Below, piece after piece: positions 37,295 to 45,953 of a stretch of 64,000 bases of DNA. This DNA is from an uncultured Chloroflexia bacterium (GTDB lineage Bacteria > Chloroflexota > Anaerolineae > Promineifilales > Promineifilaceae). Made by a program: the position numbers and the translations under genes. Position 1 is the stretch's first letter. The number at the start of each line of letters is the position of its first letter. Below the pieces are notes generated by a model that was given only the letters and a program-made list of their open reading frames with translations, searched no databases and was not told where the DNA came from. The stretch spans positions 226,268 to 290,267 of the forward strand of contig CAWAYB010000002.1 in assembly GCA_963786145.1 (NCBI GenBank), given 5' to 3'.

Positions 37295-37867
37295 ATGACT
37301 ATGTCTGAAATGGATGCACTACTCGACGCTCTGGACGACAGTCGTGAGCGGCTGCTGGTTGCCATCGAACCATTACCGGATCTGGCCCTGCTCGAGAAAG
37401 GCGCGGTAGGGGAATGGTCTATCATCGATATTCTGGTCAACCTGACGGCGTGGGAAGCGGAGTTGGTCACTGGGCTGATGCGCCTTGACCAGAATAAACC
37501 GCCGACCCGTTTGCTGGCGGCTTTAACCGATCCGGAGGCCTATGACCGTGAGCGATATGCCGAAAACCAGGATCGTGACCTGGACCAGATCTTCGATGAC
37601 TTTCAGTTGGTCCGCCTGAAGACTGAAGATTGGCTGGCTGGAATAACGGAGCGTGCGCTCACCGAAAAGCGGAAATACCTGGACGGCAGAACCCTGGCAG
37701 AGGTTGTTGCGGCTACCACCTTTGGCCGCGAGCGTCGAATCTTGGCGCAGATAGAGGCTTTTGCACAGCAGTGGTTAGATGAAGAAGAGCGGTTTGAGGA
37801 GAGCATCATTCCGCTCACGGCCGTAGATCTCACGATCATGGAAGACAACAATGACGACACAGATTGA
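37295..37867 (+). CDS. DinB/ClbS-like four-helix-bundle protein
   Basis: 190-aa ORF. The N-terminal pattern LLDALDDSRERLLVAIEPLPD...WSIIDILVNLTAWEAELV resembles DinB_2/ClbS-type proteins. Confidence 0.5.
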   Translation: MTMSEMDALLDALDDSRERLLVAIEPLPDLALLEKGAVGEWSIIDILVNLTAWEAELVTGLMRLDQNKPPTRLLAALTDPEAYDRERYAENQDRDLDQIFDDFQLVRLKTEDWLAGITERALTEKRKYLDGRTLAEVVAATTFGRERRILAQIEAFAQQWLDEEERFEESIIPLTAVDLTIMEDNNDDTD

Positions 37868-38831
37868 TCCCCTGGTTTTAGAAGCAGCCCAGCACACGGC
37901 CGTCATCACCGACCGCAGCGATCTTGGTATGCTGAAAATAACCGGCGCCACTCGCCTGGACCTCATTCACCGCATGTCTACGCAGACTGTGAAGAACCTG
38001 GAGTCCGGGGAAGGTACCGCAACGATCTTGACAACCGACATCGGGCGCATGATCGATCGCTTGATTCTCTATGCCGGCAGCGACACAGTCTATGCCCTGA
38101 CAGGTGAGAACAACAGTGACGCCATCGCGCGCTACTTGCTGCGCTTCGTATTCTTCAACGATGATTTCCACTTGCAGGACATCAGTGCGCGCACGGCCGT
38201 TTTCGGAATCTATGGACCGCTGGCGATGCAGATCCTGGGTGAAGAAGCCGGTTACCCCGAAGTAGATATCCCCCTTCACCATTGGCGCGAAGCCGAAATC
38301 GCCGGCGTCGACACCTATTTGCACCGTACCGATCCGATCCATGGCGGCGGCTACTTCGTCATGTGCGAAATGTCTCAGCGCGACGCCATCTGGCGCTATC
38401 TGACGGCCGTTGGCCTCGTCGAAGCGGACGCCCCCGCCTTCGATTACCTGCGCATAACCGCCGCCCTGCCCCGCTTTGGAACCGAAATTACCCAGGAATA
38501 CATCCCCCTGGAAGCCGGTCTTTGGGCCGACGTATCCTTCTCCAAGGGCTGCTACACTGGGCAGGAGATCATTGCGCGCATGGAAAGCAGGGGGCGCCTG
38601 GCAAAACGATTGCTGCCGCTGCGCGCCTCCGCACCACTTTCTGCGGGAACTGAAATCACAGCCAGGGGAAAGAACGTGGGCACGATCACCTCTGCCGCCG
38701 AGGGCCCCGCGGACATTGTCGCCCTGGGGTACATCAAAACCGGGGCGTTGGAGCCAGACGTTGATTTCGAAGCAGCGGGACAACCGCTGCAGATTGCGGA
38801 TGATCAAGCGCTTGCCAGCGCCGCCTCCTGA
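37851..38831 (+). CDS. ygfZ: Folate-binding YgfZ/CAF17-family protein (GcvT-like fold)
   Basis: 326-aa ORF with the family signature KGCYTGQEIIARM and a GcvT-like N-terminal half. Confidence 0.7.
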   Translation: MTTQIDPLVLEAAQHTAVITDRSDLGMLKITGATRLDLIHRMSTQTVKNLESGEGTATILTTDIGRMIDRLILYAGSDTVYALTGENNSDAIARYLLRFVFFNDDFHLQDISARTAVFGIYGPLAMQILGEEAGYPEVDIPLHHWREAEIAGVDTYLHRTDPIHGGGYFVMCEMSQRDAIWRYLTAVGLVEADAPAFDYLRITAALPRFGTEITQEYIPLEAGLWADVSFSKGCYTGQEIIARMESRGRLAKRLLPLRASAPLSAGTEITARGKNVGTITSAAEGPADIVALGYIKTGALEPDVDFEAAGQPLQIADDQALASAAS

Positions 38832-38924
38832 GGATCATTGGATGCACAATACGAGGAATCCGGCTTGGGTCAACTCCGAGAGGGGCTATTGCCGTTCAGT
38901 AACCTTACCCGACTTCGCTGAGCC

Positions 38925-40997
38925 ATGGACTTCCTGACGCCATTATTGCAGCAGAATCTCGTCGTCATCTATTTTTTCTATGGTCTGGCATTCTTCACGA
39001 TGGGCGTTGCCATCGCCATCGAATCCGGCCGATCTTCCGATTTCCCGTTTGCCCTGGCCATGGCCCCACTTGCCGCCTTTGCGATCTTGCACGGTTTGCA
39101 CGAATGGTTGGAAATGTTCCAACTGCTTAACAGTACAGGAGTTACCAGTGTTCCCGCCTGGACTCTCAACGACAACCTGCGCATTGCCCATCTAGCTTTC
39201 TCGTTTGCCTTTCTGATCATATTTGGGGTGCAGCTTATCTACGCCAACCACCGGCCGCAGGAAAACGGTCGTCTGGTAGCCTATACCGCGGCAGCAATCA
39301 TGCTGGCGATATGGCTCATCAGCGTATTGGCCACACGGGCACTCTATGGACTGGATCACCAGAGCACCATCGTCATCTCTGATGTCCTGGCCCGCTATAT
39401 GCTCGCCATACCCGGCGCGCTTTTTGCGGCCTGGGCCATCCTTCTGGAACAGCGCACCTTTCGCACCCGCGGAATGCCCGATTTTGGCCGCGCTTTGCTG
39501 GGCGCAGCCATAGCGCTGAGCCTCTATGGTATCGCCGGACAGCTGTTTCCGAAGCCCAGCGTTTTGTTCCCCTCCAATGTGCTGAACTCCCAGGTATTCC
39601 TGGAGATCACTGGTATTCCGGTGCAGCTGTTTCGCACCTTCTGCGCCATCCTCATGACGTTGTTTATCGTCCGTGCCTTGCGCGCCTTCGATTTGGAAAC
39701 ACAGCTCAAGCTGACCGCGGCGCAGCAAGCCCAGGAGCTGGCCCAGGACGAGTTGGGTGAGGCCATGCGCAATCTTTCGTCACTGTATTCCCTTTCCCGA
39801 GGCCTGGCAAAGACAATCAATGAAGAAGACGTACTAGCCGTGGCCCTCAACGAATTTGTCAACGCGGAGCCCCATATCGACGCAGGTATGATCTTCTGGT
39901 GTGTTGATGAGGATCATGAATCTGAGCCCGCGGTCATGACGCAGTGCCCTGCGGATCCTACTATTAAGGCCAATATGTACGCCCAGGCGGTAGCGGTTGG
40001 AAAGTTCGTCATGCAGAACGGTCAGGCGGCCTGGTGGGACGGAGAAAAGGCCGCCATCCTGGAAAATGAGTCGCAACTGGACCGCAACTTCTATGCCGAG
40101 CGGCCGGCAGGTTCTACAGCAGGCCATACCGTGGGTGTTGTCCTGGCCAGCAGCGGGAATCTGGACGGCAGCCTCGTCATGTGCACACGGCCGTCACAGG
40201 CTCCGTTTTCCTCCCGCGAGTATTCGCTGATCAATACCGCAGCGGAACAGATCAGTATTGCCGCCCAAAACGCGCGCCTGTACCGGGAGTTGCAGGATCG
40301 CGAAGAACTGCGCGGCGAGCTGCTTCATCAAGTTGTAACGGCCCAGGAAATGGAACGCCAGCGTATTGCCCGTGAACTTCATGACGGACCCGCCCAAACG
40401 CTAACCGCGCTCGGGCTCGGCCTCGCCGCTGCGCAGAGTCGTTTGCCGAATGCAGATGACAAAGTGGCTCAGCAGGTCGCGGACCTGCGTGAACTGTGCG
40501 GCACAGCGCTCACAGAACTGCGCGATGTACTGGCCGACCTACGGCCGTCTGTTCTGGACGACCTGGGCCTTGTACCTGCCCTGCGCGGCCAGGTACAATC
40601 CTTTGAAACGCGGAGCGGAGTCGAATCCAGCCTGCACATCAGCGAACCTGTTCTGCGTTTGCCCCCTGAAATCGAGACTGTCATCTTCCGTATCGTTCAG
40701 GAGTCGCTTAGCAACATCCAGAAGCATGCTTCGGCCCATGCTGCGCAGGTAGAGCTGACTTTTCAATCTGATCACGTGCATCTACTGATCAGCGATGATG
40801 GCCGCGGTTTTGACGTGCAAAATATGTTGCAGCGCAAGCCGCACCGGCGCCAGGCATGGGGCCTGTTGGGCTTGCAGGAGCGGGTTGCACTGGCCGGAGG
40901 CTCATGTACCATTACTTCAACACCCGGGCTAGGTACCATTATTGACATCGAAATCCCGGTGCAAAGCAGCGAAGGAAGGACCGTTGGAGAAAATTAG
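38925..40997 (+). CDS. Sensor histidine kinase (multi-TM input, GAF-like middle domain, HisKA_3 + HATPase_c)
   Basis: 690-aa ORF with ~6-7 N-terminal TM helices. H-box ERQRIARELHDGPAQTLTAL; G-boxes DDGRGF and GLLGLQERVALAGG. Confidence 0.85.
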   Translation: MDFLTPLLQQNLVVIYFFYGLAFFTMGVAIAIESGRSSDFPFALAMAPLAAFAILHGLHEWLEMFQLLNSTGVTSVPAWTLNDNLRIAHLAFSFAFLIIFGVQLIYANHRPQENGRLVAYTAAAIMLAIWLISVLATRALYGLDHQSTIVISDVLARYMLAIPGALFAAWAILLEQRTFRTRGMPDFGRALLGAAIALSLYGIAGQLFPKPSVLFPSNVLNSQVFLEITGIPVQLFRTFCAILMTLFIVRALRAFDLETQLKLTAAQQAQELAQDELGEAMRNLSSLYSLSRGLAKTINEEDVLAVALNEFVNAEPHIDAGMIFWCVDEDHESEPAVMTQCPADPTIKANMYAQAVAVGKFVMQNGQAAWWDGEKAAILENESQLDRNFYAERPAGSTAGHTVGVVLASSGNLDGSLVMCTRPSQAPFSSREYSLINTAAEQISIAAQNARLYRELQDREELRGELLHQVVTAQEMERQRIARELHDGPAQTLTALGLGLAAAQSRLPNADDKVAQQVADLRELCGTALTELRDVLADLRPSVLDDLGLVPALRGQVQSFETRSGVESSLHISEPVLRLPPEIETVIFRIVQESLSNIQKHASAHAAQVELTFQSDHVHLLISDDGRGFDVQNMLQRKPHRRQAWGLLGLQERVALAGGSCTITSTPGLGTIIDIEIPVQSSEGRTVGEN

Positions 40998-41640
40998 CCT
41001 GCTTCTGGTAGACGATCACGCCGTGGTGCGCTCGGGATTGCGGTTGCTTCTGGACGCCCAGGAAGACATGCACATAGTCGGCGAGGCAGAAACGGGGCAA
41101 GAGGCGCTGCGGTTGGTGGCTACTTTGCAGCCTGATATCGTCCTGATGGACATCAAGATGCCGGACATGAATGGGATCGAGGCAACGGCGGTTATCAAGG
41201 AACGTCATCCCAACACGGCCGTGCTGGCTCTCAGCATGTATGAAGACGACCAGTACTTTTTCGAAATGCTCAAAGCCGGCGCTTCCGGCTATATTCCCAA
41301 ACGTGCCGCCCCCGACGACCTGGTTCACGCCATCCGTACCGTCAGTAAGGGAGACGTCTTTCTATACCCGACCCTTGCCAAACGGCTCGTGCAGGATTAC
41401 CTCCGGCGCGTCGAGGCGGGGGAAGAGCTGTTCCATGACGACCTGACACCGCGGGAAAGAGAGGTTCTGGCTCTCATCGCCGAAGGCTATTCCAACAACG
41501 AGATCGCCGAAACTCTCGTGATCAGTTCCAAGACCGTGGAACGCCACCGCGAAAACATCATGCGTAAACTGGATTTGCACAGCGGCATCGCACTGGTCAA
41601 ATATGCGATCAAGATAGGTCTGATCGACCTCGACGACTAA
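40984..41640 (+). CDS. Response regulator, NarL/FixJ (LuxR-type HTH) family
   Basis: TTG at 40984 follows GAAGGAAGGA. Receiver domain (ISLLLVDDHAVVR...IVLMDIKMPDMNG) plus a C-terminal LTPREREVLALIAEGYSNNEIAETLVISSKTVERH. Overlaps the kinase stop. Confidence 0.85.
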   Translation: MEKISLLLVDDHAVVRSGLRLLLDAQEDMHIVGEAETGQEALRLVATLQPDIVLMDIKMPDMNGIEATAVIKERHPNTAVLALSMYEDDQYFFEMLKAGASGYIPKRAAPDDLVHAIRTVSKGDVFLYPTLAKRLVQDYLRRVEAGEELFHDDLTPREREVLALIAEGYSNNEIAETLVISSKTVERHRENIMRKLDLHSGIALVKYAIKIGLIDLDD

Positions 41641-41794
41641 CCTTTCCCGCCACAAGCACATCGATCCCCACAACATCAATGGGGCAAACTCCCCACACAT
41701 TAATGGCCCGATTCCCCGATGCGGAGGGCGGCTTGAACGTGTATCCTGGTAATAGTGGCAGGCATTTACAGAAGTCCTGTCACGGGAGTCAGCA

Positions 41795-42154
41795 ATGGGC
41801 GAAGCACAAGCAGCGGGCATCATGGTTCTGCTATTTGCCTTGCGTTGTATCGTGCCCCTGGTTCTGATCTCAGGCATCGGCTATTTCACCAACAGGTTGG
41901 TTGACCATTGGGAAGCCGAGGCTGCTGAGGGCAAGAGTTCCTCTAAACAACGGCCGCCCGCAGTAGCTGCGCAAAGTAGCTTATCCTTGCCCTGTTGGCT
42001 GGTACGCAACTGCGATCCGGCCACACGCAGCAGTTGTGCGGCAGCGCGCGAAACTTCTAAACCGTGCTGGGTCGCCCGCACCGCGCAGGAAGGGGCTTTA
42101 CCAACAGGCTGCAGCGCTTGTCCCATTTACAATGGGCAGCAGCTCGCCATTTAG
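41795..42154 (+). CDS. Small membrane-anchored protein with 6-Cys C-terminal domain (two PCW motifs, terminal CxxCP)
   Basis: GGGAG lies 7 nt before the ATG. TM helix GIMVLLFALRCIVPLVLISGIGYF, then NRLVDHWEAEAAEG. C-terminus: PCWLVRNCDPATRSSCAAARETSKPCWVARTAQEGALPTGCSACPIY. The N-terminus is paralogous to 45954..46136. Confidence 0.5.
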   Translation: MGEAQAAGIMVLLFALRCIVPLVLISGIGYFTNRLVDHWEAEAAEGKSSSKQRPPAVAAQSSLSLPCWLVRNCDPATRSSCAAARETSKPCWVARTAQEGALPTGCSACPIYNGQQLAI

Positions 42155-42271
42155 TTCAGGTTTGCACAGCGAGTGAAAGGTCCATCCAACCACAACTAGC
42201 TCGCTGTTGGTTCCAGTCGCAATTGGACCTTACTCCGGGGCCACCCGCAGCGGTCCAATCTGAGCCACGTT

Positions 42272-42316
42272 GACCAGGCATCCCGTGTCCTCTGGGTGCC
42301 TGGTCCTTCCTTTTGG
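42272..42316 (+). terminator. Intrinsic terminator-like hairpin after the small Cys-rich gene
   Basis: 9-bp stem GACCAGGCA/TGCCTGGTC (42272-42280 / 42297-42305) followed by CTTCCTTTTGG. Confidence 0.5.
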
Positions 42317-42450
42317 TTTAGCCGGGTTATTGAAAAGAAAATGTCCCGCTGCATATTCCTTCAGCAGGACACCAATTGTCCGTACGGGTGTGGTCCTCGA
42401 GTCAGTCTGATTGCCACGCGGACCGGTTTTCGCGCTGGAGCATTTGGACT

Positions 42451-42489
42451 GCGCTCTGCTCTTTCGACAGCCTGACCAGAGCAGAGCGC
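42451..42489 (-). terminator. Strong hairpin 10 nt downstream of the nrfD-like stop (no clear U-tract)
   Basis: Perfect 12-bp stem GCGCTCTGCTCT/AGAGCAGAGCGC (42451-42462 / 42478-42489). Confidence 0.4.
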
Positions 42490-42498
42490 GCCCTTTCT

Positions 42499-43767
42499 CT
42501 AGTCGCCGCTCGCAGCGTACCTAGGCTGCGGCAGGGCGATTTGTTCAGACTCTTCGGCCTCGGAGGCGGGAAAGCCATGGTCCACTACTTTAAGGTAGCG
42601 TACACCCAGGGTAAACATCAACAGGCCGTAGGCAACGACCCCTGCTCCGGCAGCCATCTCAATTCGCGAGGGAGAATAACTCGTATAGGCGGGGATGGTT
42701 CCCTGCATCAGATTATTGAGGACCACCAGTTGGCCGACAAGGTTCGTATTCCAGCGATAGGCAACAACCCCACCTACCACCAGGAACAGCGCGAGAACTT
42801 GGAGGCGGTCATGGCGGCGCAAACGGCCGCTGAGCAAGATCACCATCGGCACTACAATACCCAGCAAGATCTCACCACCCCAGAAGTGAAAAGCAAAGGC
42901 GCCGTGCGTCAACATCTCGAGCGCCTCGCTGCGTCCCGGGAGATAGGTGTATTCTGTGGCCAGGAAGTCCCAAACCCGTAGATAGAGATAAATGACCAAC
43001 GCCCAACCAAGGTAGTGCGCCACGGTATCGAGCAGCGAGGGGTTGACATTCGCTCTTTTGCTGGCGCGACCGGCCACTCTGGAGGCAAACACTGTCAGTG
43101 CCAGGCCACCCACGATGGCTGAAGCCATGAACAGGATCGCCAGACTTGGCTTGAACCAGAACGGCCGTGCCTTCAAAATTCCGTACGTGGCGCCCAGCGA
43201 TGACTGGTGCAGCATTGAGAACGTGAGGCCTGCCAAAGCCAGGAAAGGAGCCAATTTGTGCAGGCCGCCAAGCCTATGTCCCAATTTCGGCCAGCGCCCC
43301 TGGATCAGCGAAGACTCCCCTACAATCGGCGTCACTTCCAGGATCAGGACCGTGAAGTATAGGGCAACGCACATTGTGACTTCCCACAGAGGCGAGTGAA
43401 TGTTCCAGTAGACCATGCCGTGCCAGAAGCGATCCGGACGGCCGATATCGAGCAGCAAGGTCATGACCGCCATGCTGTAGCCAATCAGGCCGATGAACAC
43501 GGCCGTGCGCGCCACCGGCTGCAGCCTCTTCAGCCCCAGCAGATATACCGCCGCCGACAGTAGAAAAGCCCCGGCGCTGAGCGCGATACTGGACAGATCA
43601 ATCGAGATCCAAAGTCCCCACGGCACCAAATCGGTGAGATTCGTCACCACAAGACCCTGCGTGAAAACAGTGTATGCAGCGCCCAACCCAAGGACAATCA
43701 CAACCGAAAGGCCCAGCACCCACCAGAAAAAGGAATGCCGCAAAAACTCTAAACGGCCGCTGTTCAT
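42499..43767 (-). CDS. NrfD/PsrC-family polytopic membrane quinol-interacting subunit (module 1)
   Basis: About 422 aa and ~10 TM helices. Family-typical N-terminus (LVVTNLTDLVPWGLWISIDLSSIALSAGAF...DIGRPDRFWH). The ATG overlaps the upstream stop (ATGA). Confidence 0.85.
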   Translation of the reverse strand: MNSGRLEFLRHSFFWWVLGLSVVIVLGLGAAYTVFTQGLVVTNLTDLVPWGLWISIDLSSIALSAGAFLLSAAVYLLGLKRLQPVARTAVFIGLIGYSMAVMTLLLDIGRPDRFWHGMVYWNIHSPLWEVTMCVALYFTVLILEVTPIVGESSLIQGRWPKLGHRLGGLHKLAPFLALAGLTFSMLHQSSLGATYGILKARPFWFKPSLAILFMASAIVGGLALTVFASRVAGRASKRANVNPSLLDTVAHYLGWALVIYLYLRVWDFLATEYTYLPGRSEALEMLTHGAFAFHFWGGEILLGIVVPMVILLSGRLRRHDRLQVLALFLVVGGVVAYRWNTNLVGQLVVLNNLMQGTIPAYTSYSPSRIEMAAGAGVVAYGLLMFTLGVRYLKVVDHGFPASEAEESEQIALPQPRYAASGD

Positions 43768-44558
43768 GCGCAACCCTCCTCGCCGACATGTTGTGCCGGC
43801 AGATAGTAGATACGTGGTTCTGTGCCCAGGTCTTCCCGCAGGCGGAAAGATGGGTTCGCCGCCAGCAGCTGACTGACCTCAGAGTTAGGATTATTAAGGT
43901 CACCAAAAACGCGAGCTTTCTTGGTGCAGGCCACCACACAAGCCGGCGTTGCGGCCTGGTCAACACCGGGCGACAGCCCAAACGAAAGGCCGCGGTCGAT
44001 ACGCTGTACACAGAAGGTGCATTTTTCCACAACGCCTCTTGGCCGGCGCGGAACTTCCGGCTGACCCCAGGCGGGAACTGCAGGATTTTGGCCTTCAAAC
44101 GCCTGCCAGTTAAAAGAGCGCGCGCCATAAGGGCAGGCAATCTCGCAGTAACGGCAGCCGATGCAGCGCTCATAATCCATCGTCACGATACCGTCGCTGC
44201 GCTGGGCACTTGCGCCAACAGGGCAGACATGCACACACGGAGCATCGGCACAGTGCATACATTGCACCGGTAGATAGATCTCCTGACCGTTAATGGGCTG
44301 CGCTTTTTGTACCCGCGTCCAGGCGATGTCTGGCGAAACATCATTGTTTGCCTGGCATGCCAGCGTACATTGTTCACATCCGATACATTTCGACTGGTCG
44401 ATGACCATTGCCCAGCGATGGGTGCTTCGTGCTTCTTCAAGTGGGTCCGCTTCCACAGGCGTATCTTTTTGCGTCCAGGCCACACCTACCGTGGCGCTGG
44501 CCAAGCCTACGGCGCTAAGCTTCAGAAAGGAGCGGCGATCCAGAGTGCTGCTGTTCAT
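43764..44558 (-). CDS. Tat-exported 4x[4Fe-4S] ferredoxin subunit, NrfC/PsrB/DmsB family (module 1)
   Basis: Twin-arginine signal DRRSFLKLSAVGLA. Cys clusters CIGCEQCTLAC, CMHCADAPCVHVCP, CIGCRYCEIACP and CTFCVQR...CVVAC. Confidence 0.9.
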   Translation of the reverse strand: MNSSTLDRRSFLKLSAVGLASATVGVAWTQKDTPVEADPLEEARSTHRWAMVIDQSKCIGCEQCTLACQANNDVSPDIAWTRVQKAQPINGQEIYLPVQCMHCADAPCVHVCPVGASAQRSDGIVTMDYERCIGCRYCEIACPYGARSFNWQAFEGQNPAVPAWGQPEVPRRPRGVVEKCTFCVQRIDRGLSFGLSPGVDQAATPACVVACTKKARVFGDLNNPNSEVSQLLAANPSFRLREDLGTEPRIYYLPAQHVGEEGCA

Positions 44559-45480
44559 TTACTTGTCCTCCCTGCGGCGGCGGTACAGGTTCTCCGCAAA
44601 CGGCGCGATCACCACACCAAACATCAGGCCGATTGCGGCCGGCAGGAAATAGACCAGGGGATTGGCCTGCTGAGGCTCTGCCTCAATAGGCTGCTCCGGA
44701 GCCACCGTGGCCCGTACCATGTCGGTCCGGTAGCAGGCGACATCCTTGCTGGGCGCGAGACCTGCCTCCTGTTCCAGCGCCGCATGCATGTCGCCTTCGT
44801 GACACTGGTTACATGTTTGGAGGTCCACCTTGAAGCTGTGGCTGCGCGAGCCATGACCTTCACCGAGCGCGCCATCCTCCACGGTCAGGTGACAGTCAGT
44901 GCAAAGCAAGCCCCTCCTTGGCGTGTCCCGTAAAGGAGAAGAAGTGGGATTGATCCTGGTGGCACTGCTGGCAAAGGGCCTGCGCACTTTCGACACGCAG
45001 GTCGGCCGTATGCGGGTTGTGGCATTGGCTGCAGGCCATATCCTCGGAAGCGTGATGGCTGTCCTGCCACTCGCTGAATGTCTCCGTATGGCAGCTTCCG
45101 CACAGCCGCGAGGAAACATCTGTGGGCATATAGTTGTCCGGATGGTCATCCATCACGGGATAGTGACAGGCCACACAATCTACGCCTTCGGCGAGATACT
45201 CTCCTGTCGCTGCGTCATAACCGCTGGTGTGGCATGCCAGGCACTCAGCAGGTTGACCCTGCTCTTGCCAAGCAGCCTGAAACACCGGATCGGACAGTGC
45301 CTGGGAGTGCGCGCCATGCTCCCAATAATCGCGCAGCCCTTCGTGGCACCCAATGCATTCGTCTGAATCGCCCTCGGTAGGAGCATCCTGACGCGGCGGT
45401 GCCGCTTGCGCCACCGCCACTATGCTGACTAGCAGAAACGAACATATGAACCCTGCCAGGACTCGTTTCGCTATCTCCAT
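44559..45480 (-). pseudogene. Octahaem cytochrome c with C-terminal TM anchor (module 1), frame broken by an apparent 1-nt insertion in a G4 run (44911-44914)
   Basis: ATG at 45480 follows GAGGAGG. Six CxxCH lie in ORF 44896..45546 up to ...GHAKEG. Two more (CTDCH, CNQCH) and the TM helix lie in ORF 44559..45149. Deleting one G restores AKEGLLCTDCH, which aligns with the paralog 54837..55913. Confidence 0.8.
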
Positions 45481-45530
45481 TTGTACCTCCTCTTTGGTGA
45501 AGGTTATACCAATTACCTTCTGGACCAATT

Positions 45531-45545
45531 CCTGGTGAGCACCCA
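45531..45545. repeat. Copy A of an exact 15-nt direct repeat CCTGGTGAGCACCCA
   Basis: Identical 15-mer at 45909-45923, in the same intergenic region between divergent genes. Confidence 0.9.
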
Positions 45546-45908
45546 TCTCACAAGAATGAGGAAGCAGAACAGATATAGTGTAGCAAGACGGTCGTGTGGG
45601 GTAAATCAGGGATTGAGCCTATCCGTGGCTGGGGTCATGGCCCCTTCTTGGGCCACGTTTTGGGTAGCGCAGGCTGCAACCAGCCCAAAATTTGCCGGCC
45701 GGCCGTTCGCCTACCCACGCCCCCTGGGCGATATACCCCACTTCGTGGCCGAAAATCGACTTCTAGAGCTCGAATCATAGGCGCCGGTGGCTCGCGCCTT
45801 TCCGGCGATACCCCATAGAAGAATGGTTTCTTTACCCGATAGACCGGGGCAGACGGCCGTATTATGCTTTACTCAAGCAAATAAGTTTGAGGAAACGCAA
45901 TTGTTTGC

Positions 45909-45923
45909 CCTGGTGAGCACCCA
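45909..45923. repeat. Copy B of the exact 15-nt direct repeat CCTGGTGAGCACCCA
   Basis: Identical to 45531-45545. Lies 31-45 nt upstream of the ATG at 45954. Confidence 0.9.
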
Positions 45924-45953
45924 ACCAGCAGCTAGTGAAACGATAGGGGATAA

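Noticed and set aside
37878-38807. 309-aa minus-strand ORF
   Set aside because: It is antisense to the YgfZ-family gene, which carries the KGCYTGQE signature. No independent support.
42376-42981. 201-aa plus-strand ORF at the 3' end of module 1
   Set aside because: Most of it is antisense to the NrfD-like gene. The remainder covers terminator hairpins.
44896-45546. Using the ATG at 45546 as the octahaem cytochrome start
   Set aside because: The ATG at 45480 is preceded by GAGGAGG and gives a normal signal peptide. The 45546 start adds 22 non-signal-like residues and has no SD sequence. That upstream ATG does coincide with copy A of the 15-nt repeat.
45481-45818. Plus-strand ORFs 45481..45780 (99 aa) and 45594..45818 (74 aa) in the divergent intergenic region
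   Set aside because: They have no RBS and no recognisable domains, and they overlap each other in different frames. I treated the region as regulatory, although a small gene or sRNA cannot be excluded without expression data.
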